Shown in pieces: positions 30,027 to 39,909 of a DNA stretch of 64,000 bases. The DNA is from a virus. Both the position numbers and the translations under genes were made by a program. Within the stretch, counting starts at the first letter, position 1. Each line of letters opens with the position of its first letter. Location of the stretch: the IMG/VR virus record IMGVR_UViG_3300030099_005362. The stretch is one strand, 5' to 3'. The notes beneath the pieces were generated by a model. The model worked only from the letters and a program-made list of their open reading frames with translations. It did not search any database and was not told the DNA's origin.

Positions 30027-32242
30027 GCTCCGGATTCGCAGTTCATACCCTTCTCGGTGTCGCCATCTCCATCGGGAGTATTGGCGTAATAGAAATTTTT
30101 AAGTCCGTACTTATATCCGTAGATTTGGTCTTTTATTATCACGCTAAGCGGAACATTTCCGTCTGCATAGTGAGAATAGTTATAGTATAGATTCGTACTC
30201 ATGCTCATGTCTACAAACTTCTGAATAACCGCTGCTATATTTAGCATCGCCTTATTGTCTTCCATTTCCCAAGCTAAAGTATAGTAGTTTTTTCTTCTTC
30301 TGTAGTTAGGAACTATTTGTTTAAGTACTCCGTTTTTAGCCTTCTTATAGAGAAGCAAACTTCTGACAGGCTCAATACCGTTAGTACTGTTTTGTATTAC
30401 ACTACTAGACTCACAAGGCATGATAGCAGATAAAGTGGAATGACGCAGCCCATGTTCTTTAACACGTTCACGTAGGCTCTCCCAGTCCATGTTGTATTTA
30501 GGCCAAACTAATTCGTCTACCTCTTTTTTATACCAGTCTATAGGAAGAAGGCCTTGAGCGTATTTAGTTTCGCTAAACTTTTCGCATGGCCCTATTTCTT
30601 CTGCAAGCTCACAGCTAGCACTTATTAGATTCCATTGTATCTTCTCCATCATTTCATGAACAAGCTCTAGCGACCCGTTATCCTCGTATTTGAGTTTATT
30701 CTTAGCCAAGAATCCAGCTAGATTTGTTATACCTATACCCAAAGACCTTCTGTTTTTAGTGAAGTTTTCTCCAGCCAAAACAGGATAATCCTGATAGTCT
30801 ATAACCGACTCAAGAGTTCTAACGGCCATTCGGCAAGCGTCTTCGATGTCTTTATCCGAGTTTAGCTCTAGCAGATTAATAGCAGACAGTATGCATATAC
30901 CTATTTCACCGTCCGGATCATCTATCGAGTTGATCGGTTTAGTTGGATGAATAATTTCTTGGCACAAGTTACTCATGTAAACAGGCACAGACCAAGAGCC
31001 GTGTTCGTTGGCGTTGTCTATATTCATGCTATAGATTCGACCCGTCTCTAGACGTTCTCTTGCGAAAATTTCAGCCAGTTTTCGGGCTGGTACTTTCTTT
31101 TTGAATTTCAGAGATCTAGCGTTTTCATATTTGAGGTATAGCTGCTCAAACTTTTCATTGTCTCCAAATGCTTCATACAGCCCTTTAGCCTCGTCAGGAC
31201 TGAATAGAGTCACATCTTCATTGGCTATCAGGCGGTCATAGAACAGCTTACAGAACTGGATACTGTAGTCCAGCTTACGGACACGATTGTCGTCTGTTCC
31301 TGCGTTGTTTTTTAGAACCATTACGTCTTCGATCTCGTAATGCCAGAAGGGTATGTGTACCGTAGCAGAGCCGCCACGCAATCCATTCTGTGATGTTGAC
31401 TTAACAGCCGACTCAAAGTTCTTTAGGTAAGGGATCAATCCTGTGTGGATGACCTCTCCACCTCGAATGGGAGAGTTAATTGGACGCATCCTGCCGATGT
31501 TGAGCCCGATCCCCGCTCTTCTCGCCGTGTATTTGCCCACTGCATGAATACTTGAAAATATAGCGTCAAGGTTATCGTCAACATCAACCAAAACACAACT
31601 TGCGAATTGACGAATGTTAGTGCGAACACCAGCCATAATAGGAGTGGGTAGATTAATTTTGAACGTTGAGTAGCAGTCATAAGCTTTTTTAACCTCATCT
31701 ACTGAATCAAATAGACACATAGCTATTGCCATGTATGCGAATTGTGGTGTTTCGTATATAACTCCAGTACTTCGATTTTTAACTAGATACTTGTCTATCA
31801 TTTGCTGTAGACCGGCATATGTAAACAGGTCGTCTCTACTGTGGTTTATATACCTTCCAAAACGATCTACATCTTTATCGCTCCATTTTTTAAGGATGTG
31901 CGGATCATATATACCATTATCTTCGTTTCTTTGCAGGAACAGCAGAAAATCGGTAGGCTCGTCTCCACAGCCCCACACCTCTTTTCTGAGCTGCATGTTT
32001 AACAACCTAGAGGCTACGTATTGATAATTAGGCTCTGATGTAGATATTAAGTCGTTTGCGGATTTTATTAAAATCTGGTGGATCTTAGAGGTCTCTATGC
32101 CGTCATGAATCGACAGGTTGGCGTTCATCTCTATGTCTGAAAAGGATACTCCATTAATTCCTTTTGTTGCCCACTCTACTACCTTGTGAATTTTTTCTAC
32201 GGAGAACGATTCCTTGTTTCCGTTTCTTTTTGTTACTTCCAT
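30014..32242 (-). CDS. nrdA: ribonucleotide reductase class Ia alpha subunit with ATP cone
   Basis: VTKRNG ATP cone, PTPIMAG, ASCVL, SNLCQEI, C-terminal CESGAC. Confidence 0.95.
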   Translation of the reverse strand: MEVTKRNGNKESFSVEKIHKVVEWATKGINGVSFSDIEMNANLSIHDGIETSKIHQILIKSANDLISTSEPNYQYVASRLLNMQLRKEVWGCGDEPTDFLLFLQRNEDNGIYDPHILKKWSDKDVDRFGRYINHSRDDLFTYAGLQQMIDKYLVKNRSTGVIYETPQFAYMAIAMCLFDSVDEVKKAYDCYSTFKINLPTPIMAGVRTNIRQFASCVLVDVDDNLDAIFSSIHAVGKYTARRAGIGLNIGRMRPINSPIRGGEVIHTGLIPYLKNFESAVKSTSQNGLRGGSATVHIPFWHYEIEDVMVLKNNAGTDDNRVRKLDYSIQFCKLFYDRLIANEDVTLFSPDEAKGLYEAFGDNEKFEQLYLKYENARSLKFKKKVPARKLAEIFARERLETGRIYSMNIDNANEHGSWSVPVYMSNLCQEIIHPTKPINSIDDPDGEIGICILSAINLLELNSDKDIEDACRMAVRTLESVIDYQDYPVLAGENFTKNRRSLGIGITNLAGFLAKNKLKYEDNGSLELVHEMMEKIQWNLISASCELAEEIGPCEKFSETKYAQGLLPIDWYKKEVDELVWPKYNMDWESLRERVKEHGLRHSTLSAIMPCESSSVIQNSTNGIEPVRSLLLYKKAKNGVLKQIVPNYRRRKNYYTLAWEMEDNKAMLNIAAVIQKFVDMSMSTNLYYNYSHYADGNVPLSVIIKDQIYGYKYGLKNFYYANTPDGDGDTEKGMNCESGACAI

Positions 32243-32284
32243 TTATATTTTTCTTCCATCTTCGATGTTATAATCATGTAGATT

Positions 32285-32313
32285 ATTATACACCATAAAT
32301 GTCCTTTTGTCAA
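32285..32313 (-). promoter_or_regulatory. consensus sigma70 promoter of nrdAB
   Basis: TTGACA-17 nt-TATAAT. Confidence 0.8.
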
Positions 32314-32335
32314 CCGAATAAAACCCAAAAAATAG

Positions 32336-32370
32336 AAAAACCGCCAGCAAATAAAAATTCACCGGCGGTC
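32336..32370 (-). terminator. intrinsic terminator
   Basis: ACCGCCGGTGAA...TTTGCTGGCGGT stem followed by a T run. Confidence 0.65.
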
Positions 32371-32398
32371 AAAATTTAAACGATTTTATTAAGCTAAA

Positions 32399-32719
32399 TT
32401 ACTCTTTCATTCCGTCTACTTTAGACATCAGAGATCCTAGCTGTTGACTTATCTGGTTGTGTAGATTTTTATTATCCTGAACAACCATTTTACACTCAGT
32501 AACGTTTTCGCTCATTTGATCTATCTTATCCTCTATGCCGCCGACACGCTTTTCTATACGTCCCATACGTTGATTCAAAGATTCATTTACCTTTTGTTCT
32601 AACACGATAATTTGCTTTCCATGTTGAACCATAGTGTACAGCACCCAGCCCAGAACGGGAATAAAAAACATTCCTATTACTTCAGTCACGTTTCTGATTA
32701 AGTCCCAAGTCTCGTTCAT
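32399..32719 (-). CDS. membrane-anchored coiled-coil protein (holin-like possible)
   Basis: one N-terminal TM followed by heptad repeats. Confidence 0.55.
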   Translation of the reverse strand: MNETWDLIRNVTEVIGMFFIPVLGWVLYTMVQHGKQIIVLEQKVNESLNQRMGRIEKRVGGIEDKIDQMSENVTECKMVVQDNKNLHNQISQQLGSLMSKVDGMKE

Positions 32720-32746
32720 GACATCTCCTATGGTTATATTAAATCC

Positions 32747-32780
32747 AAAAAAAACTACTCACCGCCGAAGCGGTGAGCAG
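32747..32780 (-). terminator. strong intrinsic terminator (UUCG loop)
   Basis: CTGCTCACCGC-TTCG-GCGGTGAGTAG-T8. Confidence 0.9.
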
Positions 32781-32794
32781 CAAGAAAATATGGA

Positions 32795-33502
32795 TTACAT
32801 ACCAGTGATAGGCTTGTAGTCGAAGAAGTTTCCGCTAGTACTGATATTAGCGTCAACAAAGTCAACCATCATCACAAGTTCACCCGGTACCGCACGAGTT
32901 GGGTTAGCGGCACTGTCGCTATTAGCCGAGGTTGAGCCAGCGGCTGGATCCCAGTAATTCTCGTTGAGAGCATCTGGAGCAGAAGCACTGTCAGCACCAC
33001 CTGTTGCAGCAGCAACCCAGTTGATTCTACTACCCAAAGCAGCACCAGCATCATTTCGAGATTTAGTGCTTGTCCAACTGAATCTGTTAGCTCGGAAAGC
33101 AGTAACGGTCTTAGCACCATACTGATTACGAGCACGCATAACGGCGTCGTTGGATGAGAACGATTTGCTTCTGGACGAAGACTGAATAGTGGTGTTTGCG
33201 TAGTTACCAAGACTGGTACTGACTCCCATCATTGGGAATCTAGAACCTGCTGCGGTTCCTCCATCCCAAGCAAAAGTACCATTCGCACCTTGTGCTTTGA
33301 TGTTTCTTACCAGACCATTTTCTACATTAGCTGGGCCAGTCGGAACGCCTTTTTCTACGGCACTGTCGGCCAAAGAAAGTGCCTTGGTAATTACGTCACC
33401 AGTGCTAGAGTTTCCTAAAATTGTACCGCCTTCTTTAGCGGCTGTAAACGTACCATTAGAGGTGTTCTTCAAATAGTTTGAAGTGTTACCCGGAACTGCC
33501 AT
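32795..33502 (-). CDS. putative virion structural protein (A/S/G/T/N-rich)
   Basis: composition, AAGGAG RBS, upstream motif and strong terminator. Confidence 0.5.
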   Translation of the reverse strand: MAVPGNTSNYLKNTSNGTFTAAKEGGTILGNSSTGDVITKALSLADSAVEKGVPTGPANVENGLVRNIKAQGANGTFAWDGGTAAGSRFPMMGVSTSLGNYANTTIQSSSRSKSFSSNDAVMRARNQYGAKTVTAFRANRFSWTSTKSRNDAGAALGSRINWVAAATGGADSASAPDALNENYWDPAAGSTSANSDSAANPTRAVPGELVMMVDFVDANISTSGNFFDYKPITGM

Positions 33503-33579
33503 AATAATCTCCTTGTTGATTAAAAAACAAAATTAAACGATATTTCCAATATTCCACAAAAAGATCCAGTTCCTAGCTA

Positions 33580-33589
33580 TATATACGCA
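33580..33589 (-). promoter_or_regulatory. TGCGTATATA motif, candidate phage-specific promoter
   Basis: identical 10-mer to 26381-26390. Confidence 0.5.
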
Positions 33590-33594
33590 ACTAT

Positions 33595-34074
33595 TTAATC
33601 TAAGCAATTTTTTTGGCAAACTTTTATGGCTTTTTTTAGTCTTCTACGTGCAGTCTCTCTGCTATACCCATTAGACTTGCCAATTTCCACCATTGTCATG
33701 TTATGATAAAACCTTTTATCAATCACATCTTTTAGCTCTGGATCTAGGCCGGTAAGTATGTCAAACACTTCCATGCGTCCACGGGTACTGATGTCAGTCT
33801 TGTCGAAATTTTCATCTCGATTGAATTCCATTCTTTTCTTCTTGAGTTTATTTTTAAAAGCAAAGCTAATCTGCTGATAGAGATATGAAGTGAACTTGGT
33901 GCCTCTATCGGCATCATATTTATCCATACATCTCCAAAGTGTTTGCATCTTAATTGACTCTATGTCGTCTGGGTCGATAGAGTTTTTGTATCTGTTCGCA
34001 ACCTTGTTCATAATATTTTGAACGTCAGAGCTTTTCCAATAGTCTTCGTAAGTAGTGCAATTATCCATGATCAC
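33595..34074 (-). CDS. phage RNA polymerase sigma factor (sigma70 family, regions 2 and 4)
   Basis: DDIES...LWRCMDKYDADRGTKFTSY; MTMVEIGKSNGYSRETARRRLKKA HTH. Confidence 0.85.
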   Translation of the reverse strand: MIMDNCTTYEDYWKSSDVQNIMNKVANRYKNSIDPDDIESIKMQTLWRCMDKYDADRGTKFTSYLYQQISFAFKNKLKKKRMEFNRDENFDKTDISTRGRMEVFDILTGLDPELKDVIDKRFYHNMTMVEIGKSNGYSRETARRRLKKAIKVCQKNCLD

Positions 34075-34717
34075 CTCTCAAAATGATTCCGCCTAGTTTC
34101 TGTTTAGTTTCCAATAATTCATTCAATCCGTCTAGATAGGCTTGGTCTAGATGGTCTGAAACAATATAGTCAACCTTGCCAGTAGGAGCAACTAGTATAG
34201 ACCAGTATTTCGTACTCTCAAGCTGTTCCTTAATTAAGTTTACTGTCGCTTGTGTTTGTTCGTCTGACAGTAATTCCTTTTCTGTATATCCGCATAACTT
34301 CTTTTCTATGTCTAGTCTAACCTCTTTAAAGCTAAAGAGCCTAGCTATTCCAATGAAGAAGCTGTATCTTCCTAATATCTTTAGTGCCTCAACACCCTTT
34401 ACTTTAGATAACGTCTCTTTAACCCCATGCGTAACATCAAAATTAGTGCTGCCAAGCCAACAGTCCCATCTATCGGACGGTTTGAATGGCGAGTCTAGGT
34501 GGTACATACCCATCGGCGTGTGTAGTATTTTGGGTTGTTGATCAATGAGTCCCGCAAATGGGAGTATTTGCATTTCGCCAGTTTCCTGCATTTCGCCAAG
34601 CTCGTTCTGTAGCTCTTCTAAAAGCAGTTCTTCTGTGCCTATTTGTTCATCTACAATAGCATTCCAGCTTTTCCAGCAAATCTTCTTACGTGATTTGAGA
34701 TTGTATTCATCGAACAT
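34061..34717 (-). CDS. hypothetical protein
   Basis: ORF with GGAGG RBS. Confidence 0.65.
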   Translation of the reverse strand: MFDEYNLKSRKKICWKSWNAIVDEQIGTEELLLEELQNELGEMQETGEMQILPFAGLIDQQPKILHTPMGMYHLDSPFKPSDRWDCWLGSTNFDVTHGVKETLSKVKGVEALKILGRYSFFIGIARLFSFKEVRLDIEKKLCGYTEKELLSDEQTQATVNLIKEQLESTKYWSILVAPTGKVDYIVSDHLDQAYLDGLNELLETKQKLGGIILRGDHG

Positions 34718-34728
34718 ATATTCCTCCC

Positions 34729-35076
34729 TTAAATGCTGGTTATTTTATCAGGAGGCACGACCACTGAATCACCTTTACTGTCAATCGACGCATACTTGTA
34801 TATTATATTCTCTATTGCCATAAAGTCGGTCTCCGCATTATTTAATACGCATTGGTTCTTAATTTCTTCAAATATTTTATTGCCCAAATCATCAATAAGC
34901 AGCTTGTAAAATATAGAAGCAACACCCAACAATCCGTCGTCTGTTGGCTCCCAGTCACAATTATATACTATCTCTCCCTCTTTGTCAACCAGTATAGTCA
35001 ATTTTGCTGAGAAATCTTGTTCGCTAGAACTGTTGTTGCTGGAGACATCTTGGTCTTTGTGAGAGTCCTCTGTCAT
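34729..35076 (-). CDS. hypothetical protein
   Basis: ORF in gene run. Confidence 0.6.
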   Translation of the reverse strand: MTEDSHKDQDVSSNNSSSEQDFSAKLTILVDKEGEIVYNCDWEPTDDGLLGVASIFYKLLIDDLGNKIFEEIKNQCVLNNAETDFMAIENIIYKYASIDSKGDSVVVPPDKITSI

Positions 35077-35413
35077 AAAATTCTTCCAAGTCCTGTAAAA
35101 GGTAAGGTTTAGTTAGTCTGTATCCTTCTTTAACGCCTAGAGTGCCCTCTGGTACTAATACTGAGTATAAAGCTTCGCACTCGGTAGAACCACGTTCATG
35201 TCTAATGTCAGACAAGAGCGGGGATGCCCAGTCACAATTCAGACTACAACAAGACTCATAAAGCTCTTGTATGGTTTCTGGTATTGTTTTGGTAGACACA
35301 TATTTACTAGGAAACCCCCCATCGTCACGCACGACGATATCTAAAAAGTCAGGTGCTAATGGACTAAAACTAGAATCTGCCTGCATCATTAGTAGCGTTA
35401 TCTTAAACTTCAT
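35024..35413 (-). CDS. hypothetical protein
   Basis: ORF in gene run. Confidence 0.55.
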   Translation of the reverse strand: MKFKITLLMMQADSSFSPLAPDFLDIVVRDDGGFPSKYVSTKTIPETIQELYESCCSLNCDWASPLLSDIRHERGSTECEALYSVLVPEGTLGVKEGYRLTKPYLLQDLEEFYDRGLSQRPRCLQQQQF

Positions 35414-35420
35414 AGATTAT

Positions 35421-35660
35421 CTAGTTGCCTTCCTGTGACTCGTCTTGGCTAACTTGTTCTTTTTGATTGGCCTGAACTTGACTCTGAAGCCTGTTCAATG
35501 TTTCTACTTCTGCAATTTTCCTAGTGTACGTTGCAACGGCCACAGCCAGTCTATCGACGGAACCTTTTTTTGTTGGTTCTGCTAGTACCGAATTTATCTC
35601 AAACGCAGCCACATCAATTTCTGATCTTAGTTCGCTTTTTAAAACGTTAATAATATCCAT
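35421..35660 (-). CDS. hypothetical protein
   Basis: ORF with AAGGA RBS. Confidence 0.6.
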   Translation of the reverse strand: MDIINVLKSELRSEIDVAAFEINSVLAEPTKKGSVDRLAVAVATYTRKIAEVETLNRLQSQVQANQKEQVSQDESQEGN

Positions 35661-35715
35661 CTTTTTTCCTTAAAGGAGGGGCGTCTCAGGGACACCCCTT
35701 ATTTAAAACATTCTC

Positions 35716-35856
35716 TTAGAATAAAAATCTTGACCACCAGCCCTGAGCGGCACCCAAGAAATAAAGACCTACAAGCACTCCTCCCACTACCGCAGCACGT
35801 CTAATAAGCTTGTGCTTTCTTATAAAAGTACCGATTGGCCCCTTAAAAAGTGGCAT
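35716..35856 (-). CDS. 46-aa membrane peptide MPLFKGPIGTFIRKHKLIRRAAVVGGVLVGLYFLGAAQGWWSRFLF (not in ORF track)
   Basis: manual translation; AAGGGGG RBS; fills the gap. Confidence 0.65.
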   Translation of the reverse strand: MPLFKGPIGTFIRKHKLIRRAAVVGGVLVGLYFLGAAQGWWSRFLF

Positions 35857-35877
35857 AAAACCCCCTTATGGTTATTG

Positions 35878-36327
35878 TTACCTAAAACACCAAGACAGGC
35901 CATCGAAATGGCTTGCCAACTTTTCTTTTTCTTCCTTTGTTATAGTATGGTTTTCTGTTCCGATTATGCCAGACATTAATCCAACTAAACCGCTAGAAAG
36001 ACCTTCGTATTTGCCCCTTAGTCTTCCTTTGAAAAACGTTTTACCAGCCTCAGTATAGATGTCATTTATCTGTTGAGCATCAACCGAGTAATCCTTAAGC
36101 CTCTCCGAAAAAACCTTATTGAAAGCAAACATATCCGCCCTGTCTTTACTATCGGTAACTTTGTCGGCTATACTTGAGACTCTCTCTAAAATTTCTTCGC
36201 TTGGTTCAACAACATTGTTGTCGTCAGGTTTAGGAGTAAAATCAGGAATCCTTTCCTGAATTACAGGCAAAAAAACTGCCGCAAGAATGAGAACCGCACC
36301 CAAGATTAATCTTGTTTTATTCGACAT
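35878..36327 (-). CDS. N-terminally anchored/exported protein
   Basis: signal/TM segment LILGAVLILAAVFLPVI. Confidence 0.6.
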   Translation of the reverse strand: MSNKTRLILGAVLILAAVFLPVIQERIPDFTPKPDDNNVVEPSEEILERVSSIADKVTDSKDRADMFAFNKVFSERLKDYSVDAQQINDIYTEAGKTFFKGRLRGKYEGLSSGLVGLMSGIIGTENHTITKEEKEKLASHFDGLSWCFR

Positions 36328-36335
36328 AATTGCTC

Positions 36336-36632
36336 CTAATCGGTTTCGTTGCTTGCTAATTTCTCAGTTTTCTTCTTTTTGCATAGAAGAGGAAAAACCT
36401 CTTCAAGTTTTAATGATGCCTGTTCTAGACCTAAGTCCTCGCACGCATCACACAGATTCTCCCACTTGAGAACTATGTCTGTTATAGTATTATCGGGTAT
36501 AGAGCCGATATCCTTTACTTTGTTTTCCTCTTTATTTGAGAAAAGCTCCATAACGACTGGGGCCACCAATAGGAGACCCATGCCCATCAATACTAACTGT
36601 AGTGGATTTAAGTCACTCAGAAATTGAAGCAT
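36336..36632 (-). CDS. single-TM membrane protein
   Basis: hydrophobic N-terminus. Confidence 0.6.
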   Translation of the reverse strand: MLQFLSDLNPLQLVLMGMGLLLVAPVVMELFSNKEENKVKDIGSIPDNTITDIVLKWENLCDACEDLGLEQASLKLEEVFPLLCKKKKTEKLASNETD

Positions 36633-36644
36633 TTTAAATCCTTA

Positions 36645-36833
36645 TTATTTTGTTTCTCGAACGGTGTCACCGATAACCCAAGCTACAACGATGGTTACAA
36701 CACCAACGATTTGCTCCGTGTCAAGAGTGAGCCCGAAAAGTTCAGACGATACGACACCAGCCAAACCAACAGCCGACACCCAGAATCTACGTGATTTAAG
36801 TAAAGATTTTACCTTATCCATTTTACTCTCCAA
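36645..36833 (-). CDS. holin-like 2-TM protein
   Basis: KSRRFW basic N-terminus, two TMs, charged tail. Confidence 0.55.
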   Translation of the reverse strand: MESKMDKVKSLLKSRRFWVSAVGLAGVVSSELFGLTLDTEQIVGVVTIVVAWVIGDTVRETK

Positions 36834-36855
36834 TTAAAAGTTTAACAAAACATAA

Positions 36856-37263
36856 TTATCTAAAAATAGGGAATAATAACCCCCTACTCCTAGTTACTTC
36901 TTTATTTTTACATTGACACGAGCACCCCTTTTTATTGCATCCACAGTCACAAGCTTCATTGTTGTTTTTTGCTGAGTGATATGGACACGGGGTAACGTGA
37001 CCGTCTCCTTGTATTATTTTTCCAGTGCCCTTACATACGCACTTTTCAGGATCCGGATCTGGCCCCAAAGGCGTATCATCTGGAACCGGAGTCTTTCCAA
37101 GTACCTTTGCCTCTGCTAAAGCAAATGACTTGTTAGCCTCTATCATTATACTCTCTATGTCGTAATTTGTCAAGTCTTTTTTTGAATTTTCTGGGTTAAT
37201 ATTGAAGTAAAAGAGTGCAACTACAACAACAAGCCCTACAATCGCCCTTTGTTTGAAATTCAT
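36856..37263 (-). CDS. membrane-anchored Cys-rich protein
   Basis: N-terminal TM; CVCKGTG...CPYH; CDCGC..CSCQC. Confidence 0.6.
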   Translation of the reverse strand: MNFKQRAIVGLVVVVALFYFNINPENSKKDLTNYDIESIMIEANKSFALAEAKVLGKTPVPDDTPLGPDPDPEKCVCKGTGKIIQGDGHVTPCPYHSAKNNNEACDCGCNKKGCSCQCKNKEVTRSRGLLFPIFR

Positions 37264-38183
37264 TAGAATACCTCGTCTATTGTCCAGTCTATTTTTCTAG
37301 CGGGGAATCCATCTACGTTGCTGAATACCCAAGCACCTCCGCCAGACAACATGCCTCTTGCATCCTTTTCTCGTATCCAAAAGCTGCCCTCTGGCTGATC
37401 GTGTTTCTTGGGGCCGGAGTTCCAAATTCCCCAACTATTTTGAACTAGAAAAAGTGTTTCGTTTAGAGTTTTGCGAGAATCATCGCAAGCGATCCAAGCC
37501 ATAGCATGACTCCACCTGCCAGAACGTTTGGCGATGCCGTTAGCATCCCTACGAGAACTGAAGCCATACCCACTACATACACTAAGTGCATAGCCATTAG
37601 CAAGGGCGTCTCTAGCTTCTTCAACTGTTCTGACGTTAGATATTGTTTTGACCTGATGCTTTTTAGCTTCCGTAGTATATACATCTTTTGGTATTCTCTT
37701 TTTTGCACCTAGTGACGAGTTGTAAACTGAAAGATCAACATCTCCGTAGTCTTTTCTTAGGAGTATGCCTCCCGTTTGATGAACATATCTAGCCGCACCA
37801 CTACATGTCATTCCTTGTCCGTTGTGACTTCTGGATTGATATATAGCTTCTGTAGCACCACGAGCGACAAAATCTTCTCTTTCTGACTTAACATCTATTT
37901 CCACAGATCTGGTTATATCTACAGCGTTTCTTGTGGAGTGGGATACGCAGTCTCCCGTCGTCTGTCTCTCCGATGGCCCAAAAGACGGATCGAACTTTAA
38001 TAGGCTTTTGAAGGGGAGACTTAGTTTGCCTTCACCAGAACCACATAGATCGTAGGCGGCTGCACCAAAAACAGGCATGGGAAGCTCTCCCATAAGTTTT
38101 TTCACATCTTCTTCGTCGCAGACCGCACCAATAAACCCGTCGCGATACTTATTTAGTATTCTTCTTGGTGTACTAAAGTCCAT
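37263..38183 (-). CDS. papain-like (C1) cysteine peptidase
   Basis: QTTGDCVSH (Q, C), WSHAM (H), QNSWG..W (N). Confidence 0.8.
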   Translation of the reverse strand: MDFSTPRRILNKYRDGFIGAVCDEEDVKKLMGELPMPVFGAAAYDLCGSGEGKLSLPFKSLLKFDPSFGPSERQTTGDCVSHSTRNAVDITRSVEIDVKSEREDFVARGATEAIYQSRSHNGQGMTCSGAARYVHQTGGILLRKDYGDVDLSVYNSSLGAKKRIPKDVYTTEAKKHQVKTISNVRTVEEARDALANGYALSVCSGYGFSSRRDANGIAKRSGRWSHAMAWIACDDSRKTLNETLFLVQNSWGIWNSGPKKHDQPEGSFWIREKDARGMLSGGGAWVFSNVDGFPARKIDWTIDEVF

Positions 38184-39243
38184 TTACTAGCTCCTTAGTT
38201 GAGTTTTGCCAACTAAATTTTTTGGCAGTTTCTATACCATCAGGATTATAAAGCGAACCAGTCTCTTGTTTTTCTCTATGTACAGATCTCATGTGCTGTA
38301 CTAGCTGTTCTTTAGGGGACTCTGATAACTCTGCCCATCTTCCATATTCACCAGAAAAGAAAATTCCGTCTTGTGCCTGTTCTAGGTTATCTACATTTAT
38401 TAATAGAGAGTTGTCTTGGTTGCAGAACTCGGTATGTGCCGAGTAATTTGTAGTAATAACCTTTTTACCACAGGCCATCATTTCTAGCAGCTCTAGGTTC
38501 CAGCCTTCAGCTCTCGCCGGAAAAACACCACAGTCGCTTTGACGCATAATAGTATACACATCTTTATGGGATGCTTGTCTAGGAATTATCCTTATCTTAC
38601 TGCCTAAAGGGGAATTTTTGTAAAGATCTGCCCACGCTTGGTTTTGATTGCCTATAAAGGGGTTTTCACACATCATCCACAATTCTACATCGTCATTGTG
38701 CTCAAATGCCAGATTAAAACACTCTAAAAGTATGTCGTGCCCTTTTCTCTTTTCCCATTTGCCGCAGTTAAAGAATATGGTCTTCGGGCGATTAGATATA
38801 AATGGCTGAAACACATCCGTGTCTACGCCAAGTGGAACCACATGGACACGCCCATCGTCAAAGAAGTGTCCGATCATCTGGTCTAAGATTATACTTTTTG
38901 CCCACTCAGAACAGACAAAAATCTTATCACAATGACTAAGGCTTAGCTTTTCTTCCTCGCTGAATTCGTCCAGCTCAAATATGGGAAACCCTATATGTTC
39001 CCCATGTCCCACAAATTGAAATAGGTCATTTTGATGCCATATTTTAACACATGGCTTTATGGTCATGTCGTCTCGGTTCTTTAGTCCGGTCTCGATATCT
39101 GAATCAATAAACTCTGGTTTTCCGATTGGGTACAGGGCAGTGGTGCGGTATTCCGCTAATAAGTTTTTAAATAAATTATATCCCGCTACCCCGTAGCCCA
39201 AACTGTTTATGGGTGTAATCAGATTTATCAATTTTGTTTCCAA
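38173..39243 (-). CDS. glycosyltransferase family 4
   Basis: GVDTDVF, KRKGHD, EGWNLELLEMMACG. Confidence 0.88.
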   Translation of the reverse strand: METKLINLITPINSLGYGVAGYNLFKNLLAEYRTTALYPIGKPEFIDSDIETGLKNRDDMTIKPCVKIWHQNDLFQFVGHGEHIGFPIFELDEFSEEEKLSLSHCDKIFVCSEWAKSIILDQMIGHFFDDGRVHVVPLGVDTDVFQPFISNRPKTIFFNCGKWEKRKGHDILLECFNLAFEHNDDVELWMMCENPFIGNQNQAWADLYKNSPLGSKIRIIPRQASHKDVYTIMRQSDCGVFPARAEGWNLELLEMMACGKKVITTNYSAHTEFCNQDNSLLINVDNLEQAQDGIFFSGEYGRWAELSESPKEQLVQHMRSVHREKQETGSLYNPDGIETAKKFSWQNSTKELVNGL

Positions 39244-39335
39244 TCTAGAATATGTAATCCGCTTTTTTTATATCAGAAAAGCGGCTTATAAAAACTGATT
39301 AATATATAGTCTATCGTCACTCAGACTTCTGCACA

Positions 39336-39728
39336 TTAAAACCTAAAATGAAAGAAAAAACCTTGAAAGGGTGCTGGGTAAACTGGCACCGGCTGAGGTT
39401 GAATAATCACCGGAGGATAATAAGACGGAACTCTATAGTATCTAAAGTATGGATTTACAGGTCTGTAGTAATAGTCATAGAAACCAAAACCATGTTTAGT
39501 TTCGATCCTTGGTTGCTGTGGCTGAGTCTGGGGTCTCTGCCACTGTTGCTTTCCGGGAATCTGTGGTCTTGTTACGGGTGGTCGTGTAAAATCTCTAGGT
39601 ACGCTCTTTACAGTCGGAGGCTTGATAACCTTGCGTTCGGGCTGCTCTGCTTCGGCTGACAAAGGAACAAACAAGAGACATAGTATTGATGCTAAATATT
39701 TCATTATGACACCTCGCAGTCTGGACAC
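39336..39728 (-). CDS. secreted Pro/Tyr-rich low-complexity protein (likely start MKYLAS)
   Basis: signal peptide ending in AEA; Y/P-rich tail. Confidence 0.55.
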   Translation of the reverse strand: MSRLRGVIMKYLASILCLLFVPLSAEAEQPERKVIKPPTVKSVPRDFTRPPVTRPQIPGKQQWQRPQTQPQQPRIETKHGFGFYDYYYRPVNPYFRYYRVPSYYPPVIIQPQPVPVYPAPFQGFFFHFRF

Positions 39729-39898
39729 TCACAAGCGTCTTGACATATACACTCTTGAACTGGGCATGGGCATTCGTTTTCGCATATATCACAAATCACA
39801 GGATTCTCCTTTGTAAACATGTTTTTTACTTCGTCTTTATTGATAAATAGGATTGCACCCACAATCAATACAGCTAAAAAGGGTATTTTAAACTTCAT
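39704..39898 (-). CDS. small membrane-anchored metallothionein-like Cys-rich protein
   Basis: TM followed by CDICENECPCPVQECICQDACECPDC. Confidence 0.55.
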   Translation of the reverse strand: MKFKIPFLAVLIVGAILFINKDEVKNMFTKENPVICDICENECPCPVQECICQDACECPDCEVS

Positions 39899-39909
39899 GA
39901 TAGTTATCC

